DNA of 64,000 nt from Candidatus Omnitrophota bacterium (GCA_015233405.1 JADFXT010000004.1:100470-164469), one strand, 5' to 3'. Counted from the stretch's first letter, positions 46,051 to 59,219 are shown. Numbers and translations are program-made. Notes: generated by a model from the letters alone, not told the origin.

Positions 46051-47433
46051 TTACGCAGCCTTTCCTTCTAACAGATATTTACTTTTATTTTGAGGAACAG
46101 CGACGGGATATTGCCCCGTGAAACAAGCATGACAGAAATCCTTTGGGTTTTTCATGACCGAAAGCATTCCTTCTAAACTTAGATATTCTAAAGAATCCAC
46201 TTGAATAAATTGGGCGATGTCCTTGATGGAGCGATGCGCCGCGACCAATTCTTGCGTGCTTGGGAAATCAATGCCGTAAAAACATGGGGAAATGATCGGC
46301 GGACAGCTAATGCGCAAATGGATTTCTTTGGCCCCGGCCTGACGGAGCTCTTCAATACGGCTTTTGGAGGTTGTGCCGCGCACAATAGAATCCTCGACGA
46401 CAATGATCCGTTTTCCTTTAATGACACGGCTTATCGGATTAAGCTTCACCCTCACACGAAAATCCCGCAAAAACTGCGTCGGCTGAATAAACGTGCGGCC
46501 GATATAGTGATTACGGATAAAACCTATCTCCAAGGGCAACCCCAGCTGCTGGGCAAACCCTGTCGCCGCATAATTTCCGGAGTCTGGAATCGCCATAACA
46601 AAATCCGCGTTAACAGGATGCTCTTTCGCAAGCGCCGCGCCTAAACGTTTTCTAACCTCATAAACATTATCGCTAAAGATATCGCTATCTGGACGAGCAA
46701 AATAGATGTTTTCAAAAACACATTGGGCTTTGTGCCCTTCGCCGTGCCCGGGCAAGAAAACCGATTCGATCTGGTCCCCTTTGATTAAAACGATTTCACC
46801 CGCATCAATTTCGCGGACAAATTCTGCCTTGATCAAGTCCAAGGCACAGGTTTCGCTCGCCAGCACATATTTCCCGTCAATCCTTCCAAGGCACAGCGGA
46901 CGAAACCCTTTCGGGTCACGCGCTCCGACCACGGTATCGCCAACAAGAAAAATCAAGGAATACGAGCCTTCCAGCTGAGACAAGACATTGACGAACCATT
47001 TCTTTAAATCGCCATTTTTCGTGCGCGCCAATAAATGAATGATGATCTCGGAATCCATTGTCGTCTGAAAGATCGCACCGCCATCCTCAAGCTTACGATA
47101 AAGCGCTTCTGTATTGGTGAGATTCCCATTATGCGCAATCGCCATAGGAACTCCCCGATGCGTCACAAGAAACGGCTGGATATTTTTAGTATTGCTGGAG
47201 CCCGTCGTCGAATACCGACAATGCCCAATAGCCGTGTCGCCTTTTAATTCTTCAATGGCTTTGGCGTCAAATGCATCCGCAACAAGTCCGATCTTTTTCT
47301 TAAGATAAATTTCTTTTCCATCATAAGAAGCAATGCCGGCGGCCTCTTCTCCTCGGTGCTGAAGGGCATAAAGGCCGATAAACGCCAACTTCGCCGCATT
47401 TTTATTTTGAGAAATGCCTATGATGCCGCACAT
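46051..47433 (-). CDS. purF: amidophosphoribosyltransferase
   Basis: 460 aa. It has the Ntn nucleophile MCGIIGI, the PRPP loop [13 protein letters not shown] and C-terminal Cys residues consistent with an Fe-S type enzyme. Confidence 0.9.
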   Translation of the reverse strand: MCGIIGISQNKNAAKLAFIGLYALQHRGEEAAGIASYDGKEIYLKKKIGLVADAFDAKAIEELKGDTAIGHCRYSTTGSSNTKNIQPFLVTHRGVPMAIAHNGNLTNTEALYRKLEDGGAIFQTTMDSEIIIHLLARTKNGDLKKWFVNVLSQLEGSYSLIFLVGDTVVGARDPKGFRPLCLGRIDGKYVLASETCALDLIKAEFVREIDAGEIVLIKGDQIESVFLPGHGEGHKAQCVFENIYFARPDSDIFSDNVYEVRKRLGAALAKEHPVNADFVMAIPDSGNYAATGFAQQLGLPLEIGFIRNHYIGRTFIQPTQFLRDFRVRVKLNPISRVIKGKRIIVVEDSIVRGTTSKSRIEELRQAGAKEIHLRISCPPIISPCFYGIDFPSTQELVAAHRSIKDIAQFIQVDSLEYLSLEGMLSVMKNPKDFCHACFTGQYPVAVPQNKSKYLLEGKAA

Positions 47434-50400
47434 GAAATGCTCCTTATGTTTTTATAATATTCCTGTAAAGAACACACGGAAAAATCTCTGGTTTGACTTG
47501 ATTCGATGCCGTTGACTGCGGCCCAGGCCCCCTGAAGGGTCGTGATGCAGGGCACATTATGTAAAATGGCTGCAGCCCGGATAGAACGCATATCCGATTG
47601 GCTGCTTTCCCCCGACGGCGTATTAATGATAAGGGCAATCTTGTTTTCCTTCATTAACGTCATCAGGTTTAAAAGATTGTTCTGTCCTTGATTATAGCGG
47701 TTTATGACCTCAACATCAACTCCATTTGATTTTAAGACCTTTCCGGTGCCGGATGTGGACACGAAAGAAAACCCGAGGTCTCGCAGCTTCTTTGCGATGA
47801 ACGCGGCCGCACGCTTATCTTCGTCTTTAACGCTGATAAAGACCTTTCCTTTTCTCGGCAAGCCCTGGCCAGCACAAATCTGCGATTTGGCAAACGCTTC
47901 TCCGAATGTCGATGCAATGCCCATGACCTCGCCGGTGGATTTCATCTCAGGCCCTAACACAATATCCACACCGGAAAACTTGGAGAATGGCAGCACCGAT
48001 TCCTTGACGGAAACATGCTGCAAATTATCGATCAGGTCATACGTCAAATTAAATTTTGCCAACGGCTCGCCGACCATCAGCCGAGAGGCGATCTTCGCCA
48101 GCGGGATCCCGGTCGCTTTGCTGACGAACGGCACGGTCCTCGACGCCCGCGGATTGACCTCCAGAATATAAATTTTACGCCCTTTTAAAGCAAATTGAAT
48201 ATTGATAAGCCCGCACACCTTTAAAGCGTCCGAGATGCGGCAGGTGATCTGTTTGATCTCCTCAATAATGGTTTCGCTAATAGTTGGCGGCGGTAAGACG
48301 CACGCGGAATCCCCGGAATGAATACCCGCGTTCTCAATGTGCTCCATGATCCCGGCGACAAACGTATCTTTCCTGTCAGAGATAGCGTCCACGTCAAGCT
48401 CAATGGCATCTTCAATGAACTTATCGATCAAAATAGGTTTCCCTTCGGACACCTGTTTAGCCTCGTCGATAAAAGACAATAACCCTTTTTTATCATAGAC
48501 GATCTTCATGGCACGCCCGCCTAAAACATAACTCGGCCGCGCTAAGACCGGATAGCCAATGCGCTCCGCGATTCCAACCGCCTCTTCCACAGAAATAGCC
48601 GAGCCATTTTCCGGCTGGTCCACATTGAGGCTTTCGATCAACTGAGAAAATTTTTCGCGGTTTTCCGCCAGCTCAATGGACTCCACACTGGTCCCGATAA
48701 TAGGCACGCCCGCTTTATACAATCTCTCGGCTAAATTAAGCGGCGTCTGCCCGCCAAATTGGACGATAACACCGTCGGGCTTCTCCACATCGACGATATT
48801 CATCACATCTTCAAACGTCAAAGGCTCAAAATACAAACGGTCAGAAGTATCATAATCCGTCGAGACGGTCTCAGGGTTCGAATTAACCATGATGGTCTCA
48901 TAACCCATTTCTTTTAAGGCAAACGACGCGTGGCAGCAGCAATAATCAAATTCAATCCCCTGGCCGATACGGTTCGGGCCGCCGCCTAAGATCATAATAC
49001 GTTTTTTATCCTTGCCGGACTTGGCGCGCATCTTGGCGATTTGGATATGTGCTTCGTCCTCGGATTCATACGTGGAATAAAAATATGGCGTATACGCTTC
49101 GAACTCCGCGGCACAAGTGTCGACGAGCTTAAACGTGGCCACAAGCCCGAGCTCTTTACGCATACGGCGGACTTCAACCTCAGGTTTGCCCATGATCTGC
49201 GCTAGCTGCGCGTCGCTAAAACCATATTCCTTCGCCTGACGCCAAAGCTCTTTGGAAAGCGCCTTGTCTTTCGTAAACGTCGCGACCAATTCTTTTTCCA
49301 AATTCAGGATCTGCTGCATGTGATCAATAAACCACGGATCAATGTAACTTAACTCAAATATCTTCTCGATGGACCAACCTTTTTGAAGGGCATACTTCAC
49401 GTAAAAGATCCGCGAGGCATTAGGCTCTTTTAAGCGAAGCGCCACTTTATCGTCAGGAATGTCCAAATAATTCATCTTATTATCAAACCCGATATGCCCG
49501 ATCTCAAGCCCGCGCAAAGCCTTTTGGAGTGCTTCTTTAAATGTGCGGCCAATCGCCATGGTTTCCCCGACGGATTTCATCTGAACGCCCAAGATATCTT
49601 TGGCCTCAGGGAATTTCTCAAAGGTAAACCGCGGGGCCTTGACGACGCAATAATCAATGGTCGGCTCAAACGACGCCGGTGTTTCTTTGGTAATATCATT
49701 TTGAATCTCGTCGAGCGAATAGCCGACGGCCAATTTGGCGGCGAACTTGGCGATAGGAAATCCCGTGGCCTTACTCGCTAAGGCAGAGCTGCGGGACACA
49801 CGCGGGTTCATTTCAATGACGATCATTCGTCCATCTTTAGGATTAACGGCAAACTGAATATTGGATCCTCCGGTCTCGACGCCGATTTCGCGAATAATCG
49901 CTAAAGAGGCATCACGCATGTTCTGATATTCACGATCCGTTAACGTCTGCGCCGGGGCGACGGTAATACTATCACCGGTATGGACCCCCATCGGGTCTAA
50001 ATTTTCGATCGAACAGACAATGACCACATTATCCTTATGATCGCGCATGACCTCAAGCTCATATTCCTTCCAGCCGATAATAGATTCCTCGACGATAATT
50101 TCATGAACCATACTGCTTTCAATGCCTAATGAAGCGATGCGCTCAAAATCCTCTGCATTATAAGCAATACCGCCGCCGGTGCCGCCTAAGGTGTAACTCG
50201 GGCGGATAATGGCCGGATAACCGATTTCCTTCACCGCATCCCAAGCTTCTTCCATGTTATACGCAAAACGGCTGTGGGGGACCTTTAGGCCAATCTTTAA
50301 AATAGCCTCCTTAAAACACTGACGGTCCTCGGCTTTTTTAATGACATCATACGTCGCACCGAGCATCTTGACGTTATATTTTGCCAAAACGCCAGACTCA

Positions 50401-50708
50401 TGAAGTTTCATGGCCAAATTTAAGGCTGTCTGTCCGCCTAAGGTCGGTAAAATAGCGTCGGGCCGTTCCTTCTGGATAATGTATTCCATAAATTCCGGCG
50501 TTAAAGGTTCGATATAAGTATGGTCGGAGAGTTCCGGGTCGGTCATGATGGTCGCCGGATTGGAGTTAGCCAGCACAAGCTCATAGCCTTCTTCTTTTAA
50601 GGCCTTACACGCCTGTGTTCCCGAATAGTCGAATTCACAAGCCTGGCCGATCACAATCGGGCCGGAACCAATCAAAAGAATTTTTTTAATATCAGTACGT
50701 TTGGGCAT
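47418..50708 (-). CDS. carB: carbamoyl-phosphate synthase large subunit
   Basis: 1096 aa. It has duplicated ATP-grasp halves ([24 protein letters not shown] / [24 protein letters not shown]) and a C-terminal MGS-like domain. Confidence 0.95.
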   Translation of the reverse strand: MPKRTDIKKILLIGSGPIVIGQACEFDYSGTQACKALKEEGYELVLANSNPATIMTDPELSDHTYIEPLTPEFMEYIIQKERPDAILPTLGGQTALNLAMKLHESGVLAKYNVKMLGATYDVIKKAEDRQCFKEAILKIGLKVPHSRFAYNMEEAWDAVKEIGYPAIIRPSYTLGGTGGGIAYNAEDFERIASLGIESSMVHEIIVEESIIGWKEYELEVMRDHKDNVVIVCSIENLDPMGVHTGDSITVAPAQTLTDREYQNMRDASLAIIREIGVETGGSNIQFAVNPKDGRMIVIEMNPRVSRSSALASKATGFPIAKFAAKLAVGYSLDEIQNDITKETPASFEPTIDYCVVKAPRFTFEKFPEAKDILGVQMKSVGETMAIGRTFKEALQKALRGLEIGHIGFDNKMNYLDIPDDKVALRLKEPNASRIFYVKYALQKGWSIEKIFELSYIDPWFIDHMQQILNLEKELVATFTKDKALSKELWRQAKEYGFSDAQLAQIMGKPEVEVRRMRKELGLVATFKLVDTCAAEFEAYTPYFYSTYESEDEAHIQIAKMRAKSGKDKKRIMILGGGPNRIGQGIEFDYCCCHASFALKEMGYETIMVNSNPETVSTDYDTSDRLYFEPLTFEDVMNIVDVEKPDGVIVQFGGQTPLNLAERLYKAGVPIIGTSVESIELAENREKFSQLIESLNVDQPENGSAISVEEAVGIAERIGYPVLARPSYVLGGRAMKIVYDKKGLLSFIDEAKQVSEGKPILIDKFIEDAIELDVDAISDRKDTFVAGIMEHIENAGIHSGDSACVLPPPTISETIIEEIKQITCRISDALKVCGLINIQFALKGRKIYILEVNPRASRTVPFVSKATGIPLAKIASRLMVGEPLAKFNLTYDLIDNLQHVSVKESVLPFSKFSGVDIVLGPEMKSTGEVMGIASTFGEAFAKSQICAGQGLPRKGKVFISVKDEDKRAAAFIAKKLRDLGFSFVSTSGTGKVLKSNGVDVEVINRYNQGQNNLLNLMTLMKENKIALIINTPSGESSQSDMRSIRAAAILHNVPCITTLQGAWAAVNGIESSQTRDFSVCSLQEYYKNIRSISCAAS

Positions 50709-50720
50709 ATGATTTAATCA

Positions 50721-50820
50721 AAATTCGAAACTCGAATATCGAAATACGAAACAAAAAAAATTCAATGTTTAAAATTTCTTTAATTTCAAATTTGCTTCGG
50801 ATTTCGTGCTTCGAATTTCC
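50721..50820. repeat. MITE/REP-like palindromic element, copy 1 (carB-carA intergenic)
   Basis: It shares TCGAATATCGAAATACGAAACAAA, CAATGTTTAAA and AATTTCAAATTTGCTTCGGATTTCGTGCTTCGAATTTC with copy 2. The arms are built from CGAAAT-type units and are mutually complementary. Confidence 0.7.
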
Positions 50821-50837
50821 GGTTTCACTTTAAACAG

Positions 50838-51947
50838 CTAAACAGCTAAACAGCGGTGTTTCTCCATCATTTCAATAAAATAATTAAACAAATACTGCGC
50901 GTCATGCGGACCAGGCGACGCCTCGGGGTGATGCTGGAAGGAAAGGATCGGATATTTCTTATGACGAATTCCTTCCAACGTTTTGTCGTTTAAATTCATG
51001 TCGATCATCTCGACGTCATCTGCTTTCAAACTTTTTATATCGACGCAGAAACCGTGATTTTGAGATGTAATGCCAATCCGTTTATCCAGAAGGTCCTGGA
51101 CCGGATGATTCGCGCCGTGATGGCCGAATTTTAATTTATACGTTTGTCCGCCTAATGCAAGCCCAAGCATCTGATGGCCTAAGCAAATCCCGAAAACAGG
51201 AATAACGCCAAAAAATTTCTTAATAGTCTCGACGACATAGGTGATCGCGGCCGGATCACCGGGGCCGTTCGAAATAAACAGTCCATCGGGCTTGATCGCC
51301 ATCATTTCGTCGAACGAAGAGGTCGCCGGGAACACATGGACTTCGCAACCTAAGTGCGTTAAAATCCTTAAAATATTAAATTTGATCCCGCAATCAATCG
51401 CGGCAACGCGGTAAGACGGCTTGGGGTCATCCTTCGCCTGCGGCCAAACATATTTTTTCTTGGTCGTGACCTCTTTGACCCAATCGCTGCCTTCCATGGA
51501 AGGAATTTTCTTGATCTTCTCAGCAAGAACCTTGGTATCGAAATCTTGCGTCGAGATAATCGCCTTCATCGCGCCCTTTTCTCGTAAATGCCGCGTCAAG
51601 GCGCGGGTATCGATGCCTTCAATCGCAAGAATATTATTTCGGTTAAGATAATCAATCAGGCTTTCTGTCGCACGGAAATTCGAATGAAGCCGGCAGAATT
51701 CTTTGACGACAAAGCCTTTGACATGAACTTTGCTGGACTCGACGTCTTCGTCATTAACGCCATAATTCCCGATCAAAGGATAGGTCATCACGACGATCTG
51801 TCCGGCGTAGGATGGGTCGGTCAAGATTTCCTGATAACCGGTCATGGAAGTATTAAAAATCACCTCGCCGGCGGTCTCTCCGGTGACCGAAAGAGATTGG
51901 CCCAAAAAATGCGTGCCGTCTTCCAAATATAAAATTGCCTTACTCAT
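50838..51947 (-). CDS. carA: carbamoyl-phosphate synthase small (glutaminase) subunit
   Basis: 369 aa. It has PVFGICLGHQ, HHGANHPV and the triad region QHHPE. Confidence 0.95.
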   Translation of the reverse strand: MSKAILYLEDGTHFLGQSLSVTGETAGEVIFNTSMTGYQEILTDPSYAGQIVVMTYPLIGNYGVNDEDVESSKVHVKGFVVKEFCRLHSNFRATESLIDYLNRNNILAIEGIDTRALTRHLREKGAMKAIISTQDFDTKVLAEKIKKIPSMEGSDWVKEVTTKKKYVWPQAKDDPKPSYRVAAIDCGIKFNILRILTHLGCEVHVFPATSSFDEMMAIKPDGLFISNGPGDPAAITYVVETIKKFFGVIPVFGICLGHQMLGLALGGQTYKLKFGHHGANHPVQDLLDKRIGITSQNHGFCVDIKSLKADDVEMIDMNLNDKTLEGIRHKKYPILSFQHHPEASPGPHDAQYLFNYFIEMMEKHRCLAV

Positions 51948-51959
51948 CTTTGAGGCCTC

Positions 51960-52526
51960 TTATTTATCTAACCCTAAACGTTTACGGTTGTCCTGATACA
52001 TTTTCTCGCCGAGCATGTGGCGTGCGAGCTGGTCCCGGTCTTGCCCATTGTCGAAATCGTACTCGACAACGGCCACAAAACGTAAAACTTCATTAAAAGG
52101 GTTCTTTAAAAGCTCCGGATTTTTTAAAGAAATATTATCGATCATATCCACATAATACTTGGCAGGTTTGCGGATATAAACATTCTTTTCCCGGTAGATA
52201 TCAATATATTTCTGGACTGTAAGTTCTTTAGGCTCGCTATCGACCATTAAAGTCCATGCTTCACTCGAAGAAGACAATCGCTGCCAGAGATCTGTAATGC
52301 TTATCACGTCTTCGATTTTCACCGGCTCGCTGTTGGAACCCTGCGATTCCATTGTCTTGTCGGCTTGAGATTGAACCACCTTGCGCTGCCGCATTTGTTC
52401 AAAAGCGGCTTTTTCCTGTAAAATTCTCTGCTGCTCGATTTGCTGCCGCCTAGCGACAACGCCACCGGCCTCAACGGTCGACGGGAAAGTAACTAAGAAA
52501 GATAACAACACAAAGAAAAAAACCAT
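51960..52526 (-). CDS. hypothetical secreted protein
   Basis: 188 aa with a signal peptide (...FPSTVEA). No motif recognised. Confidence 0.45.
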   Translation of the reverse strand: MVFFFVLLSFLVTFPSTVEAGGVVARRQQIEQQRILQEKAAFEQMRQRKVVQSQADKTMESQGSNSEPVKIEDVISITDLWQRLSSSSEAWTLMVDSEPKELTVQKYIDIYREKNVYIRKPAKYYVDMIDNISLKNPELLKNPFNEVLRFVAVVEYDFDNGQDRDQLARHMLGEKMYQDNRKRLGLDK

Positions 52527-52559
52527 AAGAAAGGAAACTCTTGGGTTTTAAAGCCTTGA

Positions 52560-53063
52560 TTAATTCGCGCTTGCCGATACGGGGGCCGCCGGTGCCGGCT
52601 CCATTAAACTTCTTAACAAAACAGCAGCTCTCTTTGTTCTTTCCTCGTCCTTTTTCTGAGAAAAAAGATAAACGCTTTTCTTAGCCGCGTCTATAGCTTC
52701 TGCTTTCTTGCCTAATAACATTTCCGTCGTGGCCAGAAGATAGTAAAGCTCGCCTCGGGTAGGATCCAAGGTAATGGCCGCAGCAATGATCTTCTCGGTC
52801 TTTTGATAATTCTTAAGCATCAAATAAATCTCACCGACCGTGACATATTTATCAACATTTTTTGGGTCTTGTTGAATAGCTAGATCAAAATTTTGAACAG
52901 CGCTCACAGGATTTTTCTGAGCCAAGGCCTTCATGCCTTGTTCAATATAATTAACGTCCTGCTGAGGCTGTTGTGGGAATTCCTGTGCTTTCTCTTGCGC
53001 ATTATTCGACCCGCATCCGACGAGAAATACAAGCGCACAAACACAAACCAAATGCTTTACCAT
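52560..53063 (-). CDS. TPR-repeat lipoprotein
   Basis: 167 aa with the lipobox FLVGCGS and 3-4 TPR-like repeats. Confidence 0.6.
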   Translation of the reverse strand: MVKHLVCVCALVFLVGCGSNNAQEKAQEFPQQPQQDVNYIEQGMKALAQKNPVSAVQNFDLAIQQDPKNVDKYVTVGEIYLMLKNYQKTEKIIAAAITLDPTRGELYYLLATTEMLLGKKAEAIDAAKKSVYLFSQKKDEERTKRAAVLLRSLMEPAPAAPVSASAN

Positions 53064-53101
53064 GATTCTCCCCCTTTTAATAAGGACCTTCTATTAAGAA
53101 T

Positions 53102-54535
53102 TTATGCTTTAGACATAAGGTACGCATCCACAGAGTCAGCAGCCGTCTTTCCCTCATGAATAGCCCACACGACCAACGATTGGCCTCGACGCATATCTCC
53201 GGCGGAAAAAATACCAGGAACGCTGGTCATTTTATTGCCATCCGTCTTAACATTGCCTCGATGGTCCAACTCTAATTTACAATCTTCAATCATTCCTTTT
53301 CTCACCGGGCCTAAGAATCCCATGGCTAAAAAGACCAAATCGCAATCTAAAACAAATTCCGAGCCCGGGATTTCCTTAAACGAAGACTGCCCTGTTTTTG
53401 GATCTTTTTCTGAGAAGGCCAAACGAACCCCATGAAGTTTCTTAAGCTGCCCGCCTTCTCCGCTAAATGATTTTGTCAGAATGCAATAATCTTGTTCAAC
53501 ACCCTCGTCGTGAGAAGTGGAACGGCGATAAATGGTCGCCCATTGCGGCCACGGATTATCAACGGCTCTTTCCAGAGGTGGTTTGGGAAGGAGTTCGAAC
53601 TGTTTAACGGATTGGGCTCCCTGACGGTTGGCGGTTCCCACACAATCAGATCCTGTATCTCCACCGCCTAATACTATAACACGTTTTCCTTTGGCATCAA
53701 TCCTATCTTTAGGGCTGACCTTTTGCCCTAAATTGACCCTTGTTTGCTGCGTCAAATATTCCATGGCAAAATATACGCCAGTAAGTTCTCGTCCAGGAAC
53801 GTTTAAATCCCGAGGCTGTTCAGCGCCACCGCACAACACGACCGCATCATATTTATTTTTTAATTCTTCCAAAGAAATATCCACACCGACATGGGTTTTT
53901 GTCTTAAATTTGACACCTTCTTGATCCATCACATTAAGCCGTCGCTCTACAACCGATTTCTCTAATTTAAAGGTCGGGATCCCGAGCGTTAAAAGCCCTC
54001 CGAGCATTTCATTTTTTTCAAAAACGGTAACGGTATGGCCTTTACGGTTTAAATCATCCGCGCACGCTAATCCCGACGGACCGGAGCCAACAACAGCCAC
54101 TTTTTTTCCCGTACGCGCCTTAGGCGGACGTAACGCTACCCATCCTTCCTGATAAGCCTTCTCGATGATCTGGACTTCGATATTTTTAATGGTGACCGCG
54201 GGATTATTAATGCCTAAAACGCAGGAATTCTCGCATGGCGCCGGACAAATACGTCCCGTAAATTCCGGAAAATTATTCGTCTTCCATAACCGTTCCAAGG
54301 CGTCTTTCCATCGGCCGCGATAGACTAGCTCGTTCCAATCAGGAATGATGTTACCAATGGGACACGCCCAATGACAAAACGGCACGCCGCAATCCATACA
54401 GCGTGCGCCCTGTTTCGCCAGAGATTCTTCCGATAAGGAAAGATGAAACTCGTTCCAGTGCTTGAGGCGTTCTTCGACCGCCTGGTCGCCAGGAATTTCC
54501 CTGTTATATTTTAAGAATCCTTTAACTTCGCCCAT
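53102..54535 (-). CDS. gltD: glutamate synthase (NADPH) small subunit
   Basis: I moved the start to MGEVKGFLKY (ATG at 54535). It has Fe-S Cys clusters (CMDCGVPFC, CPAPCENSC) and the dinucleotide folds VAVVGSGPSGLACA and VIVLGGGDTGSDC. Confidence 0.9.
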   Translation of the reverse strand: MGEVKGFLKYNREIPGDQAVEERLKHWNEFHLSLSEESLAKQGARCMDCGVPFCHWACPIGNIIPDWNELVYRGRWKDALERLWKTNNFPEFTGRICPAPCENSCVLGINNPAVTIKNIEVQIIEKAYQEGWVALRPPKARTGKKVAVVGSGPSGLACADDLNRKGHTVTVFEKNEMLGGLLTLGIPTFKLEKSVVERRLNVMDQEGVKFKTKTHVGVDISLEELKNKYDAVVLCGGAEQPRDLNVPGRELTGVYFAMEYLTQQTRVNLGQKVSPKDRIDAKGKRVIVLGGGDTGSDCVGTANRQGAQSVKQFELLPKPPLERAVDNPWPQWATIYRRSTSHDEGVEQDYCILTKSFSGEGGQLKKLHGVRLAFSEKDPKTGQSSFKEIPGSEFVLDCDLVFLAMGFLGPVRKGMIEDCKLELDHRGNVKTDGNKMTSVPGIFSAGDMRRGQSLVVWAIHEGKTAADSVDAYLMSKA

Positions 54536-54552
54536 ATTTTTTCCTAAAATCC

Positions 54553-54653
54553 AAATTTCGAATATCGAAATACGAAACAAAGAAATCAAGAATGCAATGT
54601 TTAAACTTTTTCAATTTCGAATTTGTTTCGGATTTCGCGCTTCGTATTTCGAG
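54553..54653. repeat. MITE/REP-like palindromic element, copy 2 (gltB-gltD intergenic)
   Basis: CGAAATACGAAACAAA ... TTTGTTTCGGATTTCG form inverted arms around a loop of about 45 nt. It has the same orientation and the same blocks as copy 1. Confidence 0.7.
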
Positions 54654-54665
54654 CTTCTTCAATTC

Positions 54666-57600
54666 TTACTCTTCAAAACACCCTTTATTTTCATTGCCGA
54701 CTTTATTGGCCTTGGCCATTTCCCGTCGAATTTTTTCTTCCTCTTCCAGAACGCGACGGTAATCTTTCGGGAACACCTTTACAAATTGCGGCAAGATCGC
54801 GTTCCAATTTTCTAAGATCCTTTTAGCCAATGTGCTTTGCGTAAATTGAGAATGACGCTCGATCAACATTTTAAGTTCCTGCACATCTTTTTCTTCTTCG
54901 ACGGGGAAGAGCTCCACCATGCCTAAATTGCATTTCTGTTGAAAATCTCCGTCCCTGTCCCAGACATAGGCAATCCCGCCGCTCATCCCGGCTGCGAAAT
55001 TGCGCCCTACGCGCCCTAAGATCACGGCCCGACCTCCGGTCATATATTCGCAACCATGGTCCCCAACGCCTTCGACGACGGCGCTGACCCCGCTATTACG
55101 AACACAGAACCGTTCGCCGGCAATTCCTCTAAAAAATGCCTCGCCTTTGATCGCTCCGTATAAAATAACATTCCCCACCAAAATATTTTCTTCTGGAACA
55201 AAGGTCGCTTCCTTCGACGGATAAACAATCAATCGTCCGCCGCTTAACCCCTTACCGCAATAATCATTCGCATCGCCTTCAAGCTCTAAGGTCACCCCGT
55301 GGGATAAAAAGGCGCCGAAACTCTGGCCGGCTGAACCCAAAAATTTAATATGAATTGTCTCGTCGGGCAATCCGGCAAAACCGTAGCGTTTTGCGATCTC
55401 GGAACTTAACATTGTACCGACCGTGCGGTTGATATTCCGGATAATGCTTTGGAATTGGACCGGCTTTTGATGGACGATCGCCTCTTGGCATTTTTGAATC
55501 AATTCATTATCAAGCGCTTTTTCAAGACCATGATGTTGTTTTTCACAGTGGCGCGTGGCAATATGCCCGGCGACATCCGGCTTGTGCAAAATATTCGTAA
55601 GATCAATTCCATTGGCTTTCCAGTGGCTGATGACTTGCTGCGTTTCTAGTAAATCAACCCGTCCGATCAAATCTTCAAATTTCCGAATGCCCAATTCCGC
55701 CATGATCTCGCGGACTTCCTGGGCGACAAACGTAAAATAATTCATGACATGTTCGGGTTTTCCTCTAAAATTTTTGCGCAGCTCAGGGTCCTGTGTGGCA
55801 ATCCCGACGGAGCATGCGTTTAAATGGCATTTTCGTAGCATCACGCACCCTAAGGTCACCAGGGCAATGGTCGCAAAACCAAACTCGTCAGCGCCCAGCA
55901 TCCCGGCGATCACCACATCCCGGCCCGTCTTTAATTGCCCGTCGGTCTGGACACGGATACGGCCGCGCAGATCGTTCATGACCAATACCTGCTGGGTTTC
56001 TGCCAAGCCCAACTCCATGGGAAGCCCGGCGCTTTTAATCGACGTCTGCGGAGAAGCGCCCGTCCCGCCTTCTGTTCCGCTAATGAGAACATGGTCGGCC
56101 TTGCCCTTGGAAACCCCGGCGGCAATCGTTCCCACGCCAACCTCGGAGACAAGCTTAACGCTCACATCCGCCTTCGGATTAGAATTTTTTAAATCATGGA
56201 TCAGCTGTGCTAAATCTTCAATGGAATAAATATCATGATGCGGCGGCGGAGAAATAAGCCCCACACCCGGAGTCGTATGACGGGTCTCGGCAATTTCCTT
56301 GCTGACCTTATGCCCGGGCAAATGTCCGCCTTCACCGGGCTTCGCGCCCTGCGCCATCTTGATTTGCAGCTGGTCGGCGTTGACTAAATATTCGATCGTG
56401 ACCCCGAAGCGTCCCTGGGCCACCTGTTTGATACGGCTACGCCGTTCATCTTTAAATCGTTCAGATTTTTCCCCGCCTTCGCCGGTATTGGAAAACCCGC
56501 CTAAACGGTTCATCGCAATCGCCATGGCTTCATGCGCCTCACGGGAAATAGACCCAAAACTCATCGCACCCGTCGCAAATCGCTTGACGATCTCAGACAC
56601 AGGCTCTACGTCCTCGATGGGAATCGATGTCTTCTTCTTAAATTTCATCAGCCCGCGGATATTGGCTAAATTGGTGTCCTGTTCATTACATAATTTGGCA
56701 AACCGTTTATACAACTCATAATTCCCGGAACGCACCGCATATTGCAACGTCGATATGGTCTCCGGATTGATCTGATGATGTTCGCCGTTTTTGCGCCATT
56801 GATAATCCCCGCCGATATTAAGCATATTGTCATAACGGGTTTCCTGAGCAAAAGCATCTTTATGCCGGCGGATCGCCTCTTCAGCAACCGTCTCAATGCC
56901 GATGCCGCCAATGCGCGACGGTGTGGCCGTAAAATATTTATTAATGAATTCTTCTCCCAACCCAATGGCTTCAAAAATCTGCGCCCCGCAATAAGACCTA
57001 ATCGTAGAAATCCCCATTTTAGAAATAATTTTTAAAAGACCTTCTCTGGTGGATTTAAGAAAATTCTTCTGCGCATCCTTAAATTTGATGTTGGCAGGCA
57101 AATTTCCCTCGTTGATCTCATGCTCAATGGTTTCATAGACCAGATATGGATTGATGGCATTGGCGCCATAGCCGATGAGAACAGCAAAATGATGCATCTC
57201 CCGGGCTTCTCCGGTCTCAAGAACAATGCTGACCTTGGTCCGCAATCCTCGTCGGATCAAATAGTGATGGAGCCCGGAACAGGCCAACAATGCCGGAATG
57301 GGCACATAATTTTTATTGGCATCGCGGTCGGATAAAATCAAAATTTTATAACCCTGGTCAATCGCCTCGTCAGCTTTTTCAAAAATCGCCTCCAAGGCTT
57401 TTTCCAACCCTAAAGCACCGTCGGATACTTTAAAGACCGAGGAAAACGTTGTGGCCTTCAACCCGTCTTGATGAAGATGGCGTATCTTTTCTAAATCTTC
57501 ATTAGTCAGTATCGGGCGTTCCAGTCTTAAGCGTCGGCACTGTTGTTCGGTTTCTTCAAGCAGGTTGGTCTCTGTCCCGAGATACATATTTTCCGCCATA

Positions 57601-59219
57601 ATAATATCTTCGCGGGTCGAATCAATGGGAGGATTGGTGACTTGGGCGAAAAGTTGTTTGAAATAATTATATAAAAGCTGCGGCCGTCGGGAAAGAACGG
57701 CTAATGGCGCGTCGTTTCCCATCGATCCAATGGCCTCTTTGCCTTCCTGACACATCGGATACAACACAACCTTCCAGTCTTCGATGGTGTAACCGAACAT
57801 GCGCTGGCGCTCGACCAAGGTCGCTTCATTTAAGCCCCGAACATTTTCCGGAACCGGCAGATCTTTGAGATCAACAATATTTTTCTTAAGCCACTGGGCA
57901 TAGGGATTGTGATTGACGTGTTTATTTTTTAGCTCGGTATCATCAATGATCCGTCCGGCGGTCGTATCGACTAAAAAGATCTTTCCGGGTTGAAGCCGGC
58001 CTTTATAAAGAACGTTCTTCGGGTCAATCGTTAAAACGCCGGTCTCAGACGCCATGACAATAAAGTCGTCTTTGGTGACCAAATAGCGCGATGGTCTTAG
58101 ACCATTACGGTCCAGCACCGCGCCAATAGATTTCCCGTCGGTAAATGTGATCGATGCGGGACCGTCCCACGGCTCCATTAAACACGCGTGATATTCATAA
58201 AAAGCCTTCTTTTCTTCGCTCATGCTCTCATGGGATTCCCACGCCTCAGGGATCATCATCATAATGACATGTTCTAAGGGCCTGCCAGCTAAAAATAACA
58301 GTTCAAAGGCATTATCAAAAATCGCAGAGTCGCTTTTCCCTTCCTCGACGATCGGCAGGATCTTTTGAATATCATCGCCGAACACATCCGAAATAAATTG
58401 GCGTTCCCGGGCCTTCATCCAGTTGACGTTGCCGCGCAGCGTATTGATCTCTCCGTTGTGTGCCATCATGCGAAACGGCTGGGCCAAAGACCACGTCGGG
58501 AAAGTATTGGTGCTGTAACGCGAATGGATCATGGCCAACGACGACATCATGTCAGGGTCGCTAAGATCTTTATAATAGCCTTTGATCTGTTCGGCCATCA
58601 ACTGGCCTTTATAGATCAGCGTCTTACTATTTAAGCTGCAGCAATAATAATAACTGCCTTCGGCGAGATTTGATTCGCGCACCTTATGATCAACAACTTT
58701 ACGAATAACGAAAAGTTTACGGTCAAATGCTTCCGGTGTTGTATTTTTACCGCGGCCGACAAAAATCTGCCGGATCTTTGGTTCAATCGAACGGGCCACA
58801 TGGCCGATTTGATCGCTCTGGCGTGGCACATCGCGCCAGCCTAAGAAAACTTGTCCCTCTTCTGCAATAGTTTTTTCGATCCACTTTTCAATGGTATTAC
58901 GCGGGTCTAGGCTGGGAGGTAAGAACACATTTCCGACGGCATAATCGCCTTCCGGAGGAAGATTGATATCAAGTTTGGCGCATTCTTTCCTTAAAAATTT
59001 ATCCGGCGTTTGAATCAAGATCCCGGCGCCATCTCCGGTCTTAGGATCAGAGCCCGTCGCACCACGGTGGGTCAGATTCTCGAGGATTTCAATCCCCTTC
59101 TCGACAATCGCGTGGGACTTCTGGCCTTTTAAATGGGCAATAAATCCAACCCCGCAGCTGTCATGCTCAAAGGCAGGGTCGTAAACGCCTTGTTTTTTTG
59201 ACTGAAAACTTGTATTCAT
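54666..59219 (-). CDS. gltB: glutamate synthase large subunit
   Basis: 1517 aa. It has the Ntn amidotransferase start ...HDSCGVGF, a central FMN/3Fe-4S domain and a C-terminal GXGXG beta-helix region. Confidence 0.95.
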   Translation of the reverse strand: MNTSFQSKKQGVYDPAFEHDSCGVGFIAHLKGQKSHAIVEKGIEILENLTHRGATGSDPKTGDGAGILIQTPDKFLRKECAKLDINLPPEGDYAVGNVFLPPSLDPRNTIEKWIEKTIAEEGQVFLGWRDVPRQSDQIGHVARSIEPKIRQIFVGRGKNTTPEAFDRKLFVIRKVVDHKVRESNLAEGSYYYCCSLNSKTLIYKGQLMAEQIKGYYKDLSDPDMMSSLAMIHSRYSTNTFPTWSLAQPFRMMAHNGEINTLRGNVNWMKARERQFISDVFGDDIQKILPIVEEGKSDSAIFDNAFELLFLAGRPLEHVIMMMIPEAWESHESMSEEKKAFYEYHACLMEPWDGPASITFTDGKSIGAVLDRNGLRPSRYLVTKDDFIVMASETGVLTIDPKNVLYKGRLQPGKIFLVDTTAGRIIDDTELKNKHVNHNPYAQWLKKNIVDLKDLPVPENVRGLNEATLVERQRMFGYTIEDWKVVLYPMCQEGKEAIGSMGNDAPLAVLSRRPQLLYNYFKQLFAQVTNPPIDSTREDIIMAENMYLGTETNLLEETEQQCRRLRLERPILTNEDLEKIRHLHQDGLKATTFSSVFKVSDGALGLEKALEAIFEKADEAIDQGYKILILSDRDANKNYVPIPALLACSGLHHYLIRRGLRTKVSIVLETGEAREMHHFAVLIGYGANAINPYLVYETIEHEINEGNLPANIKFKDAQKNFLKSTREGLLKIISKMGISTIRSYCGAQIFEAIGLGEEFINKYFTATPSRIGGIGIETVAEEAIRRHKDAFAQETRYDNMLNIGGDYQWRKNGEHHQINPETISTLQYAVRSGNYELYKRFAKLCNEQDTNLANIRGLMKFKKKTSIPIEDVEPVSEIVKRFATGAMSFGSISREAHEAMAIAMNRLGGFSNTGEGGEKSERFKDERRSRIKQVAQGRFGVTIEYLVNADQLQIKMAQGAKPGEGGHLPGHKVSKEIAETRHTTPGVGLISPPPHHDIYSIEDLAQLIHDLKNSNPKADVSVKLVSEVGVGTIAAGVSKGKADHVLISGTEGGTGASPQTSIKSAGLPMELGLAETQQVLVMNDLRGRIRVQTDGQLKTGRDVVIAGMLGADEFGFATIALVTLGCVMLRKCHLNACSVGIATQDPELRKNFRGKPEHVMNYFTFVAQEVREIMAELGIRKFEDLIGRVDLLETQQVISHWKANGIDLTNILHKPDVAGHIATRHCEKQHHGLEKALDNELIQKCQEAIVHQKPVQFQSIIRNINRTVGTMLSSEIAKRYGFAGLPDETIHIKFLGSAGQSFGAFLSHGVTLELEGDANDYCGKGLSGGRLIVYPSKEATFVPEENILVGNVILYGAIKGEAFFRGIAGERFCVRNSGVSAVVEGVGDHGCEYMTGGRAVILGRVGRNFAAGMSGGIAYVWDRDGDFQQKCNLGMVELFPVEEEKDVQELKMLIERHSQFTQSTLAKRILENWNAILPQFVKVFPKDYRRVLEEEEKIRREMAKANKVGNENKGCFEE

